DNA of 24,000 nucleotides from an uncultured Gammaproteobacteria bacterium (GTDB taxonomy: Bacteria > Pseudomonadota > Alphaproteobacteria > Azospirillales > Azospirillaceae): positions 3,180 through 27,179 of the forward strand of contig CAUYTZ010000315.1 of assembly GCA_963575695.1 (NCBI GenBank). The letters are read 5' to 3'. This document shows positions 7,639-15,595 of this stretch, one piece after another. A program made the position numbers and the translations under genes. Positions within the stretch are counted from its first letter, which is position 1, and every line of letters begins with the position of its first letter. The notes beneath the pieces were generated by a model, which was not told where the DNA came from, ran no database searches, and worked only from the letters and a program-made list of their open reading frames with translations.

Positions 7639-9033
7639 ATGACTGGTAACTGGACGCTGATCCTAACCACCACTGCCGGATTGTCATTCGGGGGGGTGGT
7701 TGGCCTCATCGTGTTGATTGGCTACCAATTTCAGCGCGAAAGGATGCGGCTGGCTGATCGTATGGCCGAACAATTTTCTCATCAAGCAACCTTCGTGCTG
7801 CCGAACGATCACCACGCCGAAGTCGAGGCTGCGGAAAAACGGTTGGCACAGATCAACGAGGAAATTGTTTGGCTCGAACAGAGACGGGCGGAGGCGGCCT
7901 CCGCTGCGTCCGCAGCCTCAGCCGAGGCCACGGCATGGCAGGAACGGGCCAAACAAGCCCGCTCGGACGCCGCCACCCTTGACCGGCGCAAGGAATCGTC
8001 TGAACAAGAGCGTATCGCCTTGTCCACGATTACCGCAGAAATCGAATCGGCCGAACGAAACCGGGCCGAATTACACGCCAGCCTAAAGGAGATGCAGCAG
8101 CGCCGCGAAGCCTTGAGCGAAGATAATACGGGTTTGTCCCGCGATCTTAAGGCCTTTCGGGCCGAATTGGCCGCCCTGACTCACGAAATCCAAACCAAAC
8201 GCAACGAACTGGTGGAAATCAGCCGGCACACGGAAGCGCAACGCTTTGCTTCGACTTCCCTCGGGTCTGAAACCGAAAAACTGGCCCATCTCCAAAAGGC
8301 GAAGGCCGAAGCGGAACGGTACCTCCAAGAACAGCGGGCCAAGGTCACTGACCTGGAACGACAGGCTCAGGCACTGGCGGATGAAACGGAAAAGCTTCGA
8401 ACCGGAATCGAGCGGCACCGGCAAGCTTTGGCACGGTCGACTGAAGAAATCGCCACGACCGAACAGCAGCGCAACGAAATCGTTAGCTCCACCGATGAAT
8501 TGCGGCATAAACGCGACGCCCTGGCCGCAGATGTCACCCTGGCCAAACGCACCCAGGATGCACTTAAAGCTGAAGTTGTGCGGTTGGATAACGAGCGGAC
8601 CGCTCTTCAGCAGGATCTGGCCGTCAAACGTGACCAAATGGTCACCAGCCTGAACGAAACCCAGCAACGACAGGCAGCCCTGCACAAAGAGGTCACCGCA
8701 CTTGGCCGCGAACGAGAGATACTGTCCGAACGAGTCGCCGTCTTGCGTGGGGCCGCCGATGTGCTCGCCCCTCGTTCGACAATTCCAGCCCGACCAGCAT
8801 CCGTAACGGCAGCGCCACCGACACCGACTGCGGCACCGACCATAGCGACGGCCGCGAAACCGCGCCCGACGACACCCAAGTCCCCGCAGCCAAGCCCTAA
8901 AAAGGCGGCATCAACCGCCGGAGGATCTCTCGTTTTCAACGCGTTCAAGACGATCGATTCCGCCCTGACCACCTATCTATTTGGAAAACCCGCAGCGAAG
9001 AACCGAACGGCCCCCCCAAAAAAGAAGGCATAA
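7639..9033 (+). CDS. membrane-anchored long coiled-coil protein with Pro/Ala/Lys-rich C-terminal tail (464 aa)
   Basis: ATG 7639 follows GGGAGAA and lies 18 nt after the upstream stop. It has an N-terminal TM (NWTLILTTTAGLSFGGVVGLIVLIGY), about 330 aa of E/R/A/Q/L-rich coiled-coil-like sequence, then the tail PARPASVTAAPPTPTAAP...APPKKKA. No family recognised. Confidence 0.75.
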   Translation: MTGNWTLILTTTAGLSFGGVVGLIVLIGYQFQRERMRLADRMAEQFSHQATFVLPNDHHAEVEAAEKRLAQINEEIVWLEQRRAEAASAASAASAEATAWQERAKQARSDAATLDRRKESSEQERIALSTITAEIESAERNRAELHASLKEMQQRREALSEDNTGLSRDLKAFRAELAALTHEIQTKRNELVEISRHTEAQRFASTSLGSETEKLAHLQKAKAEAERYLQEQRAKVTDLERQAQALADETEKLRTGIERHRQALARSTEEIATTEQQRNEIVSSTDELRHKRDALAADVTLAKRTQDALKAEVVRLDNERTALQQDLAVKRDQMVTSLNETQQRQAALHKEVTALGREREILSERVAVLRGAADVLAPRSTIPARPASVTAAPPTPTAAPTIATAAKPRPTTPKSPQPSPKKAASTAGGSLVFNAFKTIDSALTTYLFGKPAAKNRTAPPKKKA

Positions 9034-9149
9034 TACCGTCGGGCCCCCTTGCCTTCTGCGACCAGAGCCTTTCTCCCTTGGAACCCACCAGGACGCTTCA
9101 CCTCTGGACCCAATTCGGAGCTTTTTTGGAGGTAAAATCCCAAGAAACA

Positions 9150-9746
9150 TTACGGCTGCCAGATATAACCACCCGGCGTCGACTCGATCGGAACTTTCAC
9201 AACAATATCGTGACACTTAATACAACGTCCCGCCGGCGGATGCGGAATTTCTGCATTGGGGCGGATTGGTGGCCCAAGCTTATGCAGGCGGGACAACTGT
9301 TCAAGAACCGCTCCAACTGGAGTTTTATACTGTGAACCTGGTCCGGGACCACCGACATAGAGATGACAATTGGTGCAGGGGCCAACATAAGGATGCGGCA
9401 TCCCGCCGCCAGCGACAATCGGCGGAATGCGTTTGATCGCCATCAGCTTGTAATCGGGACGCGCCTTGAACAGATCTGCCAGCGGGTCGAACAGCGAGGG
9501 GCCGACGGGTCGTGGCAGCGTGCCCAGGTAGTCGCCATCGACCATCCGGACCGAAACCTCTGAGTTAACACCAAAAATCGCGCGACCAAAGGCCAACAAG
9601 AACAGACCGGAAGCCAACACGATGGCAACGGCAAGCAGAGGCATCGCCTTACCTGGCCACCACTGATTGAATCGCTGCCAGGCCGAAATCAAATATGCCG
9701 GACGCTTCCACCATTTTTGACCTGTCAGCCAGCCCCACCAGTTCAT
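9150..9746 (-). CDS. mamT: MamT, double magnetochrome (2x CxxCH) magnetosome protein
   Basis: Two CxxCH heme motifs in magnetochrome context (PYVGPCTNCHLY and PPAGRCIKCHDI) follow a TM helix (MPLLAVAIVLASGLFLLAF). ATG 9746 forms an ATGA overlap with the mamS stop (9743-9745); the track start at 9773 is a GTG alternative. It is the last gene of the mamPAQRBST order. Confidence 0.85.
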   Translation of the reverse strand: MNWWGWLTGQKWWKRPAYLISAWQRFNQWWPGKAMPLLAVAIVLASGLFLLAFGRAIFGVNSEVSVRMVDGDYLGTLPRPVGPSLFDPLADLFKARPDYKLMAIKRIPPIVAGGGMPHPYVGPCTNCHLYVGGPGPGSQYKTPVGAVLEQLSRLHKLGPPIRPNAEIPHPPAGRCIKCHDIVVKVPIESTPGGYIWQP

Positions 9747-10351
9747 GGCCGCTGCCCAAGCCGATTTGACCACAGCGCGAAACCCTCATCCGAACGCAAT
9801 TGGCACGGCCGACCGTTAACTTTGATCGTACGGGCATAAAGCGGAACATCGGCACTGGCGGAATCAAAACGAAAAGCGGCTCCACTAACCTGATTATCCC
9901 GCATCACCGAACAGCCAAGGTACTGAAGGTACCAAGTGGGGGCGAGAGATACTATTTGACGGGCTCCAGTCGCATCACTCGCAATGGTAATGTGGACCTG
10001 TCCCCAGCCGGTCTCGGCACCCAGGGTCATGACCTGAACCACCCGCCCGGCAAATCGTTCCGGTAGTGGGCGCGAAAATGGTACCAGACCAGGAATCGCG
10101 GCCGGCTGCATTCGGCCGCCAACCGGCCTACCCGCCATCCCGCCCCCCAGAACGGATAGCTCCTGAGGCATCTGGGGCGCATTCAGCCCGGGGGTACCAA
10201 CACCAGCTCCGGCACCAACCGCTTCGGCGATCAATTTACCTGAGGCGTCAAAATCGGGCGCATCGTCATAAGAATCTGAAACCACCGCTGCAATTAGAAC
10301 AAAAATACCAAAGGCGGCACCAATGCCGATGACCGATCTTTCCAATTTCAA
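9743..10351 (-). CDS. mamS: MamS-like magnetosome protein
   Basis: It sits between mamB and mamT. It has an N-terminal TM (VIGIGAAFGIFVLIAAVV), and the C-terminal part VSLAPTWYLQYLGCSV...NGRPCQLRSDEGFALWSN matches what I recall of MamS (APGWFLQYMGC...LRNDEGFALWSN). The TTG start at 10351 is supported by a strong GGGGGGAGG 5 nt upstream. Confidence 0.8.
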   Translation of the reverse strand: MKLERSVIGIGAAFGIFVLIAAVVSDSYDDAPDFDASGKLIAEAVGAGAGVGTPGLNAPQMPQELSVLGGGMAGRPVGGRMQPAAIPGLVPFSRPLPERFAGRVVQVMTLGAETGWGQVHITIASDATGARQIVSLAPTWYLQYLGCSVMRDNQVSGAAFRFDSASADVPLYARTIKVNGRPCQLRSDEGFALWSNRLGQRP

Positions 10352-10389
10352 GGAAGCCTCCCCCCGCTTTAGTATCGGAGCCTGCCCGA

Positions 10390-11319
10390 TTATGCCCGAC
10401 CACCTTCACCCGCGCCGCCGTGGCTACGGGTTCGCTTGATTCCTTGCGCCGAAGACGGCGTGACGCCAACGCGAACATCCTTCACATGGTCAATCGAGAC
10501 AAAGATTTTATCCCGGATCGCCTGAGCAATGAAGTCGCTCTCAAAAACTGAACAACTGCCATCAAGATAAATATTAATATCTAGATGAATACCTTCCCCG
10601 ATATTACGACCACGCAAGAAACGGATACCCTTAACCCGTGGCGTCTCAGAAGCCAAACGGTATACCGCCTCCAGGGTTTCCGTCTCAACCGAGGAATCCA
10701 TCAATCCCTTAACTGCGCTGACGTTCAAATCGATGCCGATTTTGGCCACCATAAACGCCACGAAGATCGCCGCCAGTGCATCGGCGATCGGAAATCCAGC
10801 AATCGCGACGATCACGCCGATCAAAACCCCCACCGAAGAAATGGCATCGGACCGATTATCCCAGGCCACCGCGATCAAGGCCGGGCTGTTGTTTTTTCGG
10901 CCTGCGCAAACTTCATACCGATACATGATCTCGTTGGTAATAATCGAAACCAAAGCACCGATCGCAGCCAACATTGTCGGAGGATGGGACGTTCCCGACA
11001 TGATCGTACCAAAGGACTCATAAATCCAGATCGCCGCACCGACGAAAAGGATCAGTCCAACCACCGCCGAAGAGATGAACTGAATGTTGCCCAAACCATA
11101 GGGATAATCTTCGTCTGGTTCCCGTTTCGAGACCCAAACGCTGAACAACGTCACCCAGTCCGCAACAACGTCGGCACCTGAGTGCATGGAGTCGGCGACC
11201 AAGGCCGCGCTGCCGCCGACGACGCCAAGAACAGCCTTGAAGATCATCATGGTGGTATTGGCTGCCATGCCCCACCAGACAACTCGGTCGCCACACTGTC
11301 TACAGAGTTCTGTGCTCAT
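10390..11319 (-). CDS. mamB: MamB, magnetosome cation diffusion facilitator (CDF) iron transporter
   Basis: N-terminal CRQCGDRVVWW, VADSMHSGADV (TM2 HxxxD), YPYGLGNIQFISS, NSPALIAVAWDNRSDAISS (TM5 DxxxD) and a C-terminal CTD (FLRGRNIGEGIHLDI) all align closely with the MamB sequence I recall. ATG 11319 forms an ATGA overlap with the mamR stop. Confidence 0.9.
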   Translation of the reverse strand: MSTELCRQCGDRVVWWGMAANTTMMIFKAVLGVVGGSAALVADSMHSGADVVADWVTLFSVWVSKREPDEDYPYGLGNIQFISSAVVGLILFVGAAIWIYESFGTIMSGTSHPPTMLAAIGALVSIITNEIMYRYEVCAGRKNNSPALIAVAWDNRSDAISSVGVLIGVIVAIAGFPIADALAAIFVAFMVAKIGIDLNVSAVKGLMDSSVETETLEAVYRLASETPRVKGIRFLRGRNIGEGIHLDINIYLDGSCSVFESDFIAQAIRDKIFVSIDHVKDVRVGVTPSSAQGIKRTRSHGGAGEGGRA

Positions 11320-11564
11320 TTCTTCAGATAATCCAGCAGGCTTTGGCCAAGAATCCGATAACTGCCCTCGACCTTGTTACACGCGATCGCCCCATTTTGC
11401 ACCAAACGAACGATGGCGCGCCGATCAACGCCGAGCAACCGAGCCGCCTCCTCGGAAGAGTAGATCCGGTACGGCTTGATTTCCCGAAAAAAAGCATCAA
11501 AAAGCTGGACGCCGGCCAGCGCTATCGACATGACAGCGCCACAGCGCAAGACAAGAGTCCACAT
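11316..11564 (-). CDS. mamR: MamR, small HTH (excisionase-like) magnetosome protein
   Basis: 82 aa. PYRIYSSEEAARLLGVDRRAIVRLVQNGAIACNKVEGSYRILGQSLLDYLKK parallels the recalled MamR (HRIYSSAEAAQLLG...KKVGDNYRILGSNLVEYM). It lies between mamQ and mamB. Confidence 0.8.
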   Translation of the reverse strand: MWTLVLRCGAVMSIALAGVQLFDAFFREIKPYRIYSSEEAARLLGVDRRAIVRLVQNGAIACNKVEGSYRILGQSLLDYLKK

Positions 11565-11585
11565 CGTTCCGCCCCCCTATGGTCC

Positions 11586-12416
11586 TCATCTGGTTCTCAC
11601 CAACGGCACCAATTGTTGGTACAAATCGGGCATGATCTCTCTGGCCGGTGTCCCTGACGCATGGCTGTAGTCTTTCCACTTGAACCCGCTGACGCTGGCC
11701 AAGTATTGCCAAGGGAAAGATGTGACAGAAGTATTATATTGGCGAAGAGATTCATTAAGTTCCGCTCGGCGTTCTGCAATCCGGTCTTCCATCTCGATCA
11801 GAGATGTCATCGCGTGAAGGTAGGTTTCCGATGACTTGATATTAGGGTACTGCTCAACCACGCCCAATAGCCGCCCAAGTGATACCTCCCCGCCACCTTC
11901 ACCTAATACTTTTTTAATAACTGACTCAAAATTACTACCGCCCCCTTCCCCGGGGCGGGCCGGGTTCGCTGGCATAGCACGGGTAGCCTCCCTGGCCAAC
12001 GCTTCGGCCAGCGCATCGGGCAGTTTGGACTGCTTGATAATTTCGGTCCGCATTTCTGCCGTATGGGAAAACACCGCATGCTCAAGCGCCGCATGGCTCA
12101 ACGTCAGCTTAACCAGATTCGCGAACAGGTTGGCACGGCGCTGAACCGAGGCTTCCAGGTTAGCCTCCCGCGAGCGTGTACCTTCGAGTAGCATGATGAA
12201 TGTATTGATCTTGTAATAAACGACAGAAAGCGCAACCGCAATCGTCATCAAAGAAACAACCATCATGGTTCGAAGGCCGCGAACCTTGCGCACCCGATAC
12301 TTTGGCTTTGGAGTCAGACCGTAGAGTTCGGCAAGCAGCGCCTCTGAACGCCGGATGCGATGCATCTGGTCTCCAGTTGGGTTTGCTCCCTGGTTGGCGA
12401 TAAGGGGTTCCGTCAT
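11586..12416 (-). CDS. mamQ: MamQ, LemA-family magnetosome membrane protein
   Basis: 276 aa. One TM (MMVVSLMTIAVALSVVYY) is followed by LemA-like segments (EANLEASVQRRANLFANLV...EQYPNIKSSETYLHAMTSLIEMEDRIAERRAELNESLRQYNTSVTSFPW). It lies between mamA and mamR. Confidence 0.9.
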   Translation of the reverse strand: MTEPLIANQGANPTGDQMHRIRRSEALLAELYGLTPKPKYRVRKVRGLRTMMVVSLMTIAVALSVVYYKINTFIMLLEGTRSREANLEASVQRRANLFANLVKLTLSHAALEHAVFSHTAEMRTEIIKQSKLPDALAEALAREATRAMPANPARPGEGGGSNFESVIKKVLGEGGGEVSLGRLLGVVEQYPNIKSSETYLHAMTSLIEMEDRIAERRAELNESLRQYNTSVTSFPWQYLASVSGFKWKDYSHASGTPAREIMPDLYQQLVPLVRTR

Positions 12417-12537
12417 CGAGTCAGTGTCCGCATCCGCCTTCGCATTGCCGGGCGGTCAGCAACCGCCGTCGTCGTACCAGTATTACCAGTATTAGGCCCT
12501 AAAAAGGCGGCTCCACATCTCGCTTCAAGGTGCGGAC

Positions 12538-13188
12538 TCAGTTCGCCTCATTGTCTTCAAGTTCATCTGCCCGCTTGAAACAGGCGAGCGCTCGATCTCG
12601 TTCCCCCAATTGTTCAAGAGAATAGGCCATGGCGCGGATCACTTTGACCGCCTTTGGCCGTTGTTCAAGCGCCCGTTCAAAATAAACCACCGCATCGCCA
12701 TGATTGCCCTGGTTGTCGCACGCCGCGCCCAACCGATACAGCAGGCTAAAGTCTTCTGGATAGACGTTAACAGCATACTTCAGCATCGGTAGCGCCCGCT
12801 CGTGTTCCCCGGCCTGAGCATAGGCCAGACCGAGAACTTTGGCCGTTTTCGGATTGGAGGCATCCCGGGCGTGAGCGGCCTCTAGCAGTTTTATTCCCTG
12901 CTCCTTTCGACCAAGCTTGATCTGGCATAGGCCAAGATTAAGCATGACTTCAAGATCTTCCGGGCATTGCTCAGAGACATACTCCAACAACTGCAATGCC
13001 CGGGTATAACGCCCAGCCTTGGTGTGCTCGATACCGCGATTACGGAAATAGCCGAGTTTGGTCTCCTCGCTGATAAAAAACATCGACTGGAAGCCGGAGA
13101 TCAGCTTGGAGGCACACCGCGTCAGCACAGTTGAGCCAATCTCAAGGTAGAGGCCCGCTGCATCCGGGAAGGCAATTTTCTGGTTCAT
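12538..13188 (-). CDS. mamA: MamA, TPR magnetosome-associated protein
   Basis: TPR repeats throughout. YFRNRGIEHTKAGRYTRALQLLE, AKVLGLAYAQAGEHERALP, YRLGAACDNQGNHGDAVVYFERALEQRP and AYSLEQLGERDRALACFKRADELE parallel the recalled MamA. ATG 13188 follows GAGGAG at 6 nt and gives 216 aa; the track start at 13209 is TTG. Confidence 0.9.
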   Translation of the reverse strand: MNQKIAFPDAAGLYLEIGSTVLTRCASKLISGFQSMFFISEETKLGYFRNRGIEHTKAGRYTRALQLLEYVSEQCPEDLEVMLNLGLCQIKLGRKEQGIKLLEAAHARDASNPKTAKVLGLAYAQAGEHERALPMLKYAVNVYPEDFSLLYRLGAACDNQGNHGDAVVYFERALEQRPKAVKVIRAMAYSLEQLGERDRALACFKRADELEDNEAN

Positions 13189-13224
13189 GATGCGCTCCTC
13201 ATCAAGCAAAAATGCGGCTAAAGA

Positions 13225-14244
13225 TCATGGTGCAATAACGTGACAGGCTTGGCATGGCCCCCGGTCTTCATGGGGCCGAACGCCCTGCGCGACAGTATCG
13301 CGGAAGAGTGGCGGTGGAGGCAAGGTTATCAGATCTGGATCGGGTCTGAGTTCAAATCCAGAGCCGATCGAATGACACTGGGTGCAGGGGCCGCGATCGG
13401 GATGGGGACGCGGGTCACCCGCCTTGATCATCGGTGCCCCCTCAACCTGAGCGAACCCTAGTTCGCGGCTGTCGCTTAACGCCAGAGTCAGGCGCATCAT
13501 CGTCGAACGAGCGCCGGTCTGGTCTCTGGCCCCGACCTTGCGCAGCACCGCCATCGTCGCCTGTTTGTGGTTGGCCACAGTGCGAGTCGCTTCCTGGAAA
13601 GCCTCCAGTGTCATCACCGGTTGGCCTTGAATCGCCACGATCACATCACCACCAAGCAGCCCAGAGCGCCCCGCCGCCAAAGAAACCTCGCCGACCAGAA
13701 TCCCTTCCAGTTGCTGAGGAAAGCGCAATTTTCGCCTCAGCTCGACGGTCAGCAGGCGGACATCCATGCCCTGCCAATGCGCTTCGTACAACTGCACAGT
13801 TTCGGGAATGAAGTTTGGGGCTTTCGGTGCGACGGCCTCAACCGCCCCTTCAACCATGCCCTGCCCCTGCACAGGCCCCGCTGAAGGTACGGCGACCGGA
13901 ACAGCTTCAGCGACGGGTGGGGGCTGGACGATCACATGGGGCGGGAAGCCATTCACCGCGTTGACCGGCAACATCAGCAGAGTCCCCGGAACAGGCGGTA
14001 CAGCGCCGGAAATCCCATCGGCCGTGGACGACTTTCCTCCCCCCCAAACCGCCGACATCACCCCGGATGGGTTCACCGCCGATACATGTTTGAACAGGCC
14101 GAACCCGTTTGTCCACACCCCAATGACCACTGCGGTCACGACGGTGAGGATGGTCACACTGATCTGAGTTTCCTGCTTCACGCCGACTGAGCTTTCCGCG
14201 TTATGGCTTTGTCTTAACAGGGTTAGAAAATATAGACTCGCCAC
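13225..14244 (-). CDS. mamP: MamP, PDZ + double magnetochrome iron oxidase
   Basis: It has a TM (ISVTILTVVTAVVIGVW), a PDZ-like segment (GILVGEVSLAAGRSGLLGGDVIVAIQGQPV) and two magnetochrome CxxCH motifs (RGPCTQCHSI, RGPCQACHVI). There is no ATG before the TM. The start is either GTG 14244 or GTG 14181, and neither has a good SD, so the 5' end is uncertain. Confidence 0.85.
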   Translation of the reverse strand: MASLYFLTLLRQSHNAESSVGVKQETQISVTILTVVTAVVIGVWTNGFGLFKHVSAVNPSGVMSAVWGGGKSSTADGISGAVPPVPGTLLMLPVNAVNGFPPHVIVQPPPVAEAVPVAVPSAGPVQGQGMVEGAVEAVAPKAPNFIPETVQLYEAHWQGMDVRLLTVELRRKLRFPQQLEGILVGEVSLAAGRSGLLGGDVIVAIQGQPVMTLEAFQEATRTVANHKQATMAVLRKVGARDQTGARSTMMRLTLALSDSRELGFAQVEGAPMIKAGDPRPHPDRGPCTQCHSIGSGFELRPDPDLITLPPPPLFRDTVAQGVRPHEDRGPCQACHVIAP

Positions 14245-14271
14245 CCTTTTATAGGGTATCGGCCTTTATCG

Positions 14272-14334
14272 TGTCAACGACGCCACCGGGCTGTCAACGG
14301 TTATCATCCCTTGGGGGGGTATCATCCTTTGGGG
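14272..14334. promoter_or_regulatory. two pairs of direct repeats in the mamP / CDF divergent intergenic region
   Basis: TGTCAACG at 14272-14279 and 14292-14299 (20-bp spacing). TATCATCC(C/T)TTGGGG at 14302-14316 and 14320-14334 (one mismatch, 18-bp spacing). Function unknown. Confidence 0.3.
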
Positions 14335-14450
14335 AATCCCTCCCCCTTGCCCCACGCCAATAAGCCCGCGCGCCACAATCATCTGTGTCTGGATATCACT
14401 TCGTGGTAGTGATCTGGCGGCGACGGGATCGGACTGACAAGAGCGTGCGG

Positions 14451-15320
14451 ATGTTCAACAAACACTGTCGTGACTGTCGCGACCACGCAGCCTGGACCGA
14501 TATGTTCACGGCGTTGGCGCTGGCCGTGTTCAAGAACCTGCTTGGTACTCTGACCGGCAGCATGGCCTTGCAGGCGCATGCACTGCACTCTTTGGCCGAT
14601 TTTTTGACCAAAGGCATCAATCTTGCCAGCATTAAGCTTTCCGGTCGCGCCCCGAGTTCTCAGTTTCCCTATGGCTATGGCAAGATTCAATTTCTATCGG
14701 CAAACTTCATCGGGGTTTCCCTGACCGTCGGGTCTCTCGCTTTCTTGTGGGATAACCTACGCCACATCAACAGCGGTCACATCCAGCCACCGCTGCCGAT
14801 CGCCTTGCTCGGTGCCCTGGTCTCTGCGGTCACGGCGGAGCTGATGCACCGCTACCTAACCTGTGTCGCGATCAGAACCAACAGCCCGGCCATCCAGGCT
14901 GCCGCAGCCGACAACCGCGGCGACGCACTGTCTTCACTGGCGGTGATGGCCGGTGTTCTGTTGGCGTTGCTTGGCTGGAGCACCGCCGACCATCTTGCGG
15001 CGATTCTGGTTAGTCTGCTGGTGTTGCGTGTCGGCGTACGAGTCGCCTGGGATAGCATCCATGGCTTGATGGACGGCACCGTCCCCCCCGCAGTGCTCGA
15101 TGAAGTTCGGCGAATCGTCGGACAGCACGATGGGGTTACAAATATCGAAGGCTTGCGGGGTCGACGAATGGGTGAAACCTGGGAAATAGATCTTCGCGTC
15201 AGGATTCCCGGCACGTTGAGCGCGACTGAATGTCACGACCTTGCCGAAGCACTTAGACAGCAAGTGATTCAGAAACTCCGCCACGCCGCTACCGTTCATA
15301 TTGCCTTCGTTCCAGGGTAA
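14451..15320 (+). CDS. MamM-like / MamB-family cation diffusion facilitator, divergent from mamP
   Basis: ATG 14451 gives MFNKHCRDCRDH..., the N-terminal CxxC typical of MamB/MamM; the track start at GTG 14385 adds 22 unlikely residues. CDF motifs: HALHSLADF (TM2 HxxxD), FPYGYGKIQF, CVAIRTNSPAIQAAAADNRGD (TM5 DxxxD) and a CTD (LRGRRMGETWEIDLRV). CVAIxTNSP and HSLxD resemble my recollection of MamM more than MamB. Confidence 0.85.
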   Translation: MFNKHCRDCRDHAAWTDMFTALALAVFKNLLGTLTGSMALQAHALHSLADFLTKGINLASIKLSGRAPSSQFPYGYGKIQFLSANFIGVSLTVGSLAFLWDNLRHINSGHIQPPLPIALLGALVSAVTAELMHRYLTCVAIRTNSPAIQAAAADNRGDALSSLAVMAGVLLALLGWSTADHLAAILVSLLVLRVGVRVAWDSIHGLMDGTVPPAVLDEVRRIVGQHDGVTNIEGLRGRRMGETWEIDLRVRIPGTLSATECHDLAEALRQQVIQKLRHAATVHIAFVPG

Positions 15321-15393
15321 TGGCACCCGCTCTGGCAGGATTAGAGAGACGCAGACCATGAATCGTGGGGCACAATAAAACCAGATCAGTTTA

Positions 15394-15579
15394 ATGCACA
15401 ATCAATCTATTCGGCGTACCCCCTGGGCTGAAGGATTTTTTATTTCAAGAGATGACTTGATTGCATCAAAGATCGCTGCTGGAAGACCACAAGACATGGC
15501 CGATGTCGATGCACTCCGTTGGGCTGGCGATCAAAGAACCGAGTGGAAGCCGCTGGTAGAAAATTGGCGGAAAATTTAA
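15394..15579 (+). pseudogene. probable gene remnant (C-terminal fragment of a nucleotidyltransferase-like protein)
   Basis: 61-aa ORF. FISRDDLIASKIAAGRPQDMADVDALR matches the C-terminal (I/L)sxxdLIaxKxAaGRpqDxxDlxxL signature I associate with small nucleotidyltransferase-type proteins. The N-terminal catalytic part is missing and there is no SD. Confidence 0.35.
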
Positions 15580-15595
15580 CGCAGCACGCCTCGTG

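Noticed and set aside
8083-8685. 200-aa minus-strand ORF inside the 464-aa coiled-coil gene (plus several shorter ones 7718-8972)
   Set aside because: Antisense frames of Glu/Ala/Leu/Arg-rich coiled-coil genes stay open by composition. The plus-strand gene has the SD, the TM helix and the operon context.
9034-9149. Expected bidirectional terminator between the convergent 464-aa gene and mamT
   Set aside because: I found only weak 5-6 bp stems with long loops, e.g. CCAGAG...CTCTGG and a TTTTTT run at about 9122. I could not support a confident hairpin call by eye.
10585-11181. 198-aa plus-strand ORF opposite mamB
   Set aside because: It is a shadow ORF (His/Arg/Asp-rich). The minus strand carries unmistakable CDF motifs.
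13240-14190. Several plus-strand ORFs (73-133 aa) opposite mamP
   Set aside because: They are shadow ORFs. The PDZ and CxxCH motifs are on the minus strand.
14852-15401. 120-aa and 155-aa minus-strand ORFs opposite the plus-strand CDF
   Set aside because: They are shadow ORFs with no motifs.
15457-15469. TTGATTGCATCAA, a near-FNR box
   Set aside because: The spacer is 3 nt rather than the canonical 4, and the site lies within the gene remnant. A second similar site, CTTGATGAGATCAAG (15905-15919), lies inside the CZB coding sequence (QLDEIK). Both are noted only in case the local regulator tolerates N3 spacing.
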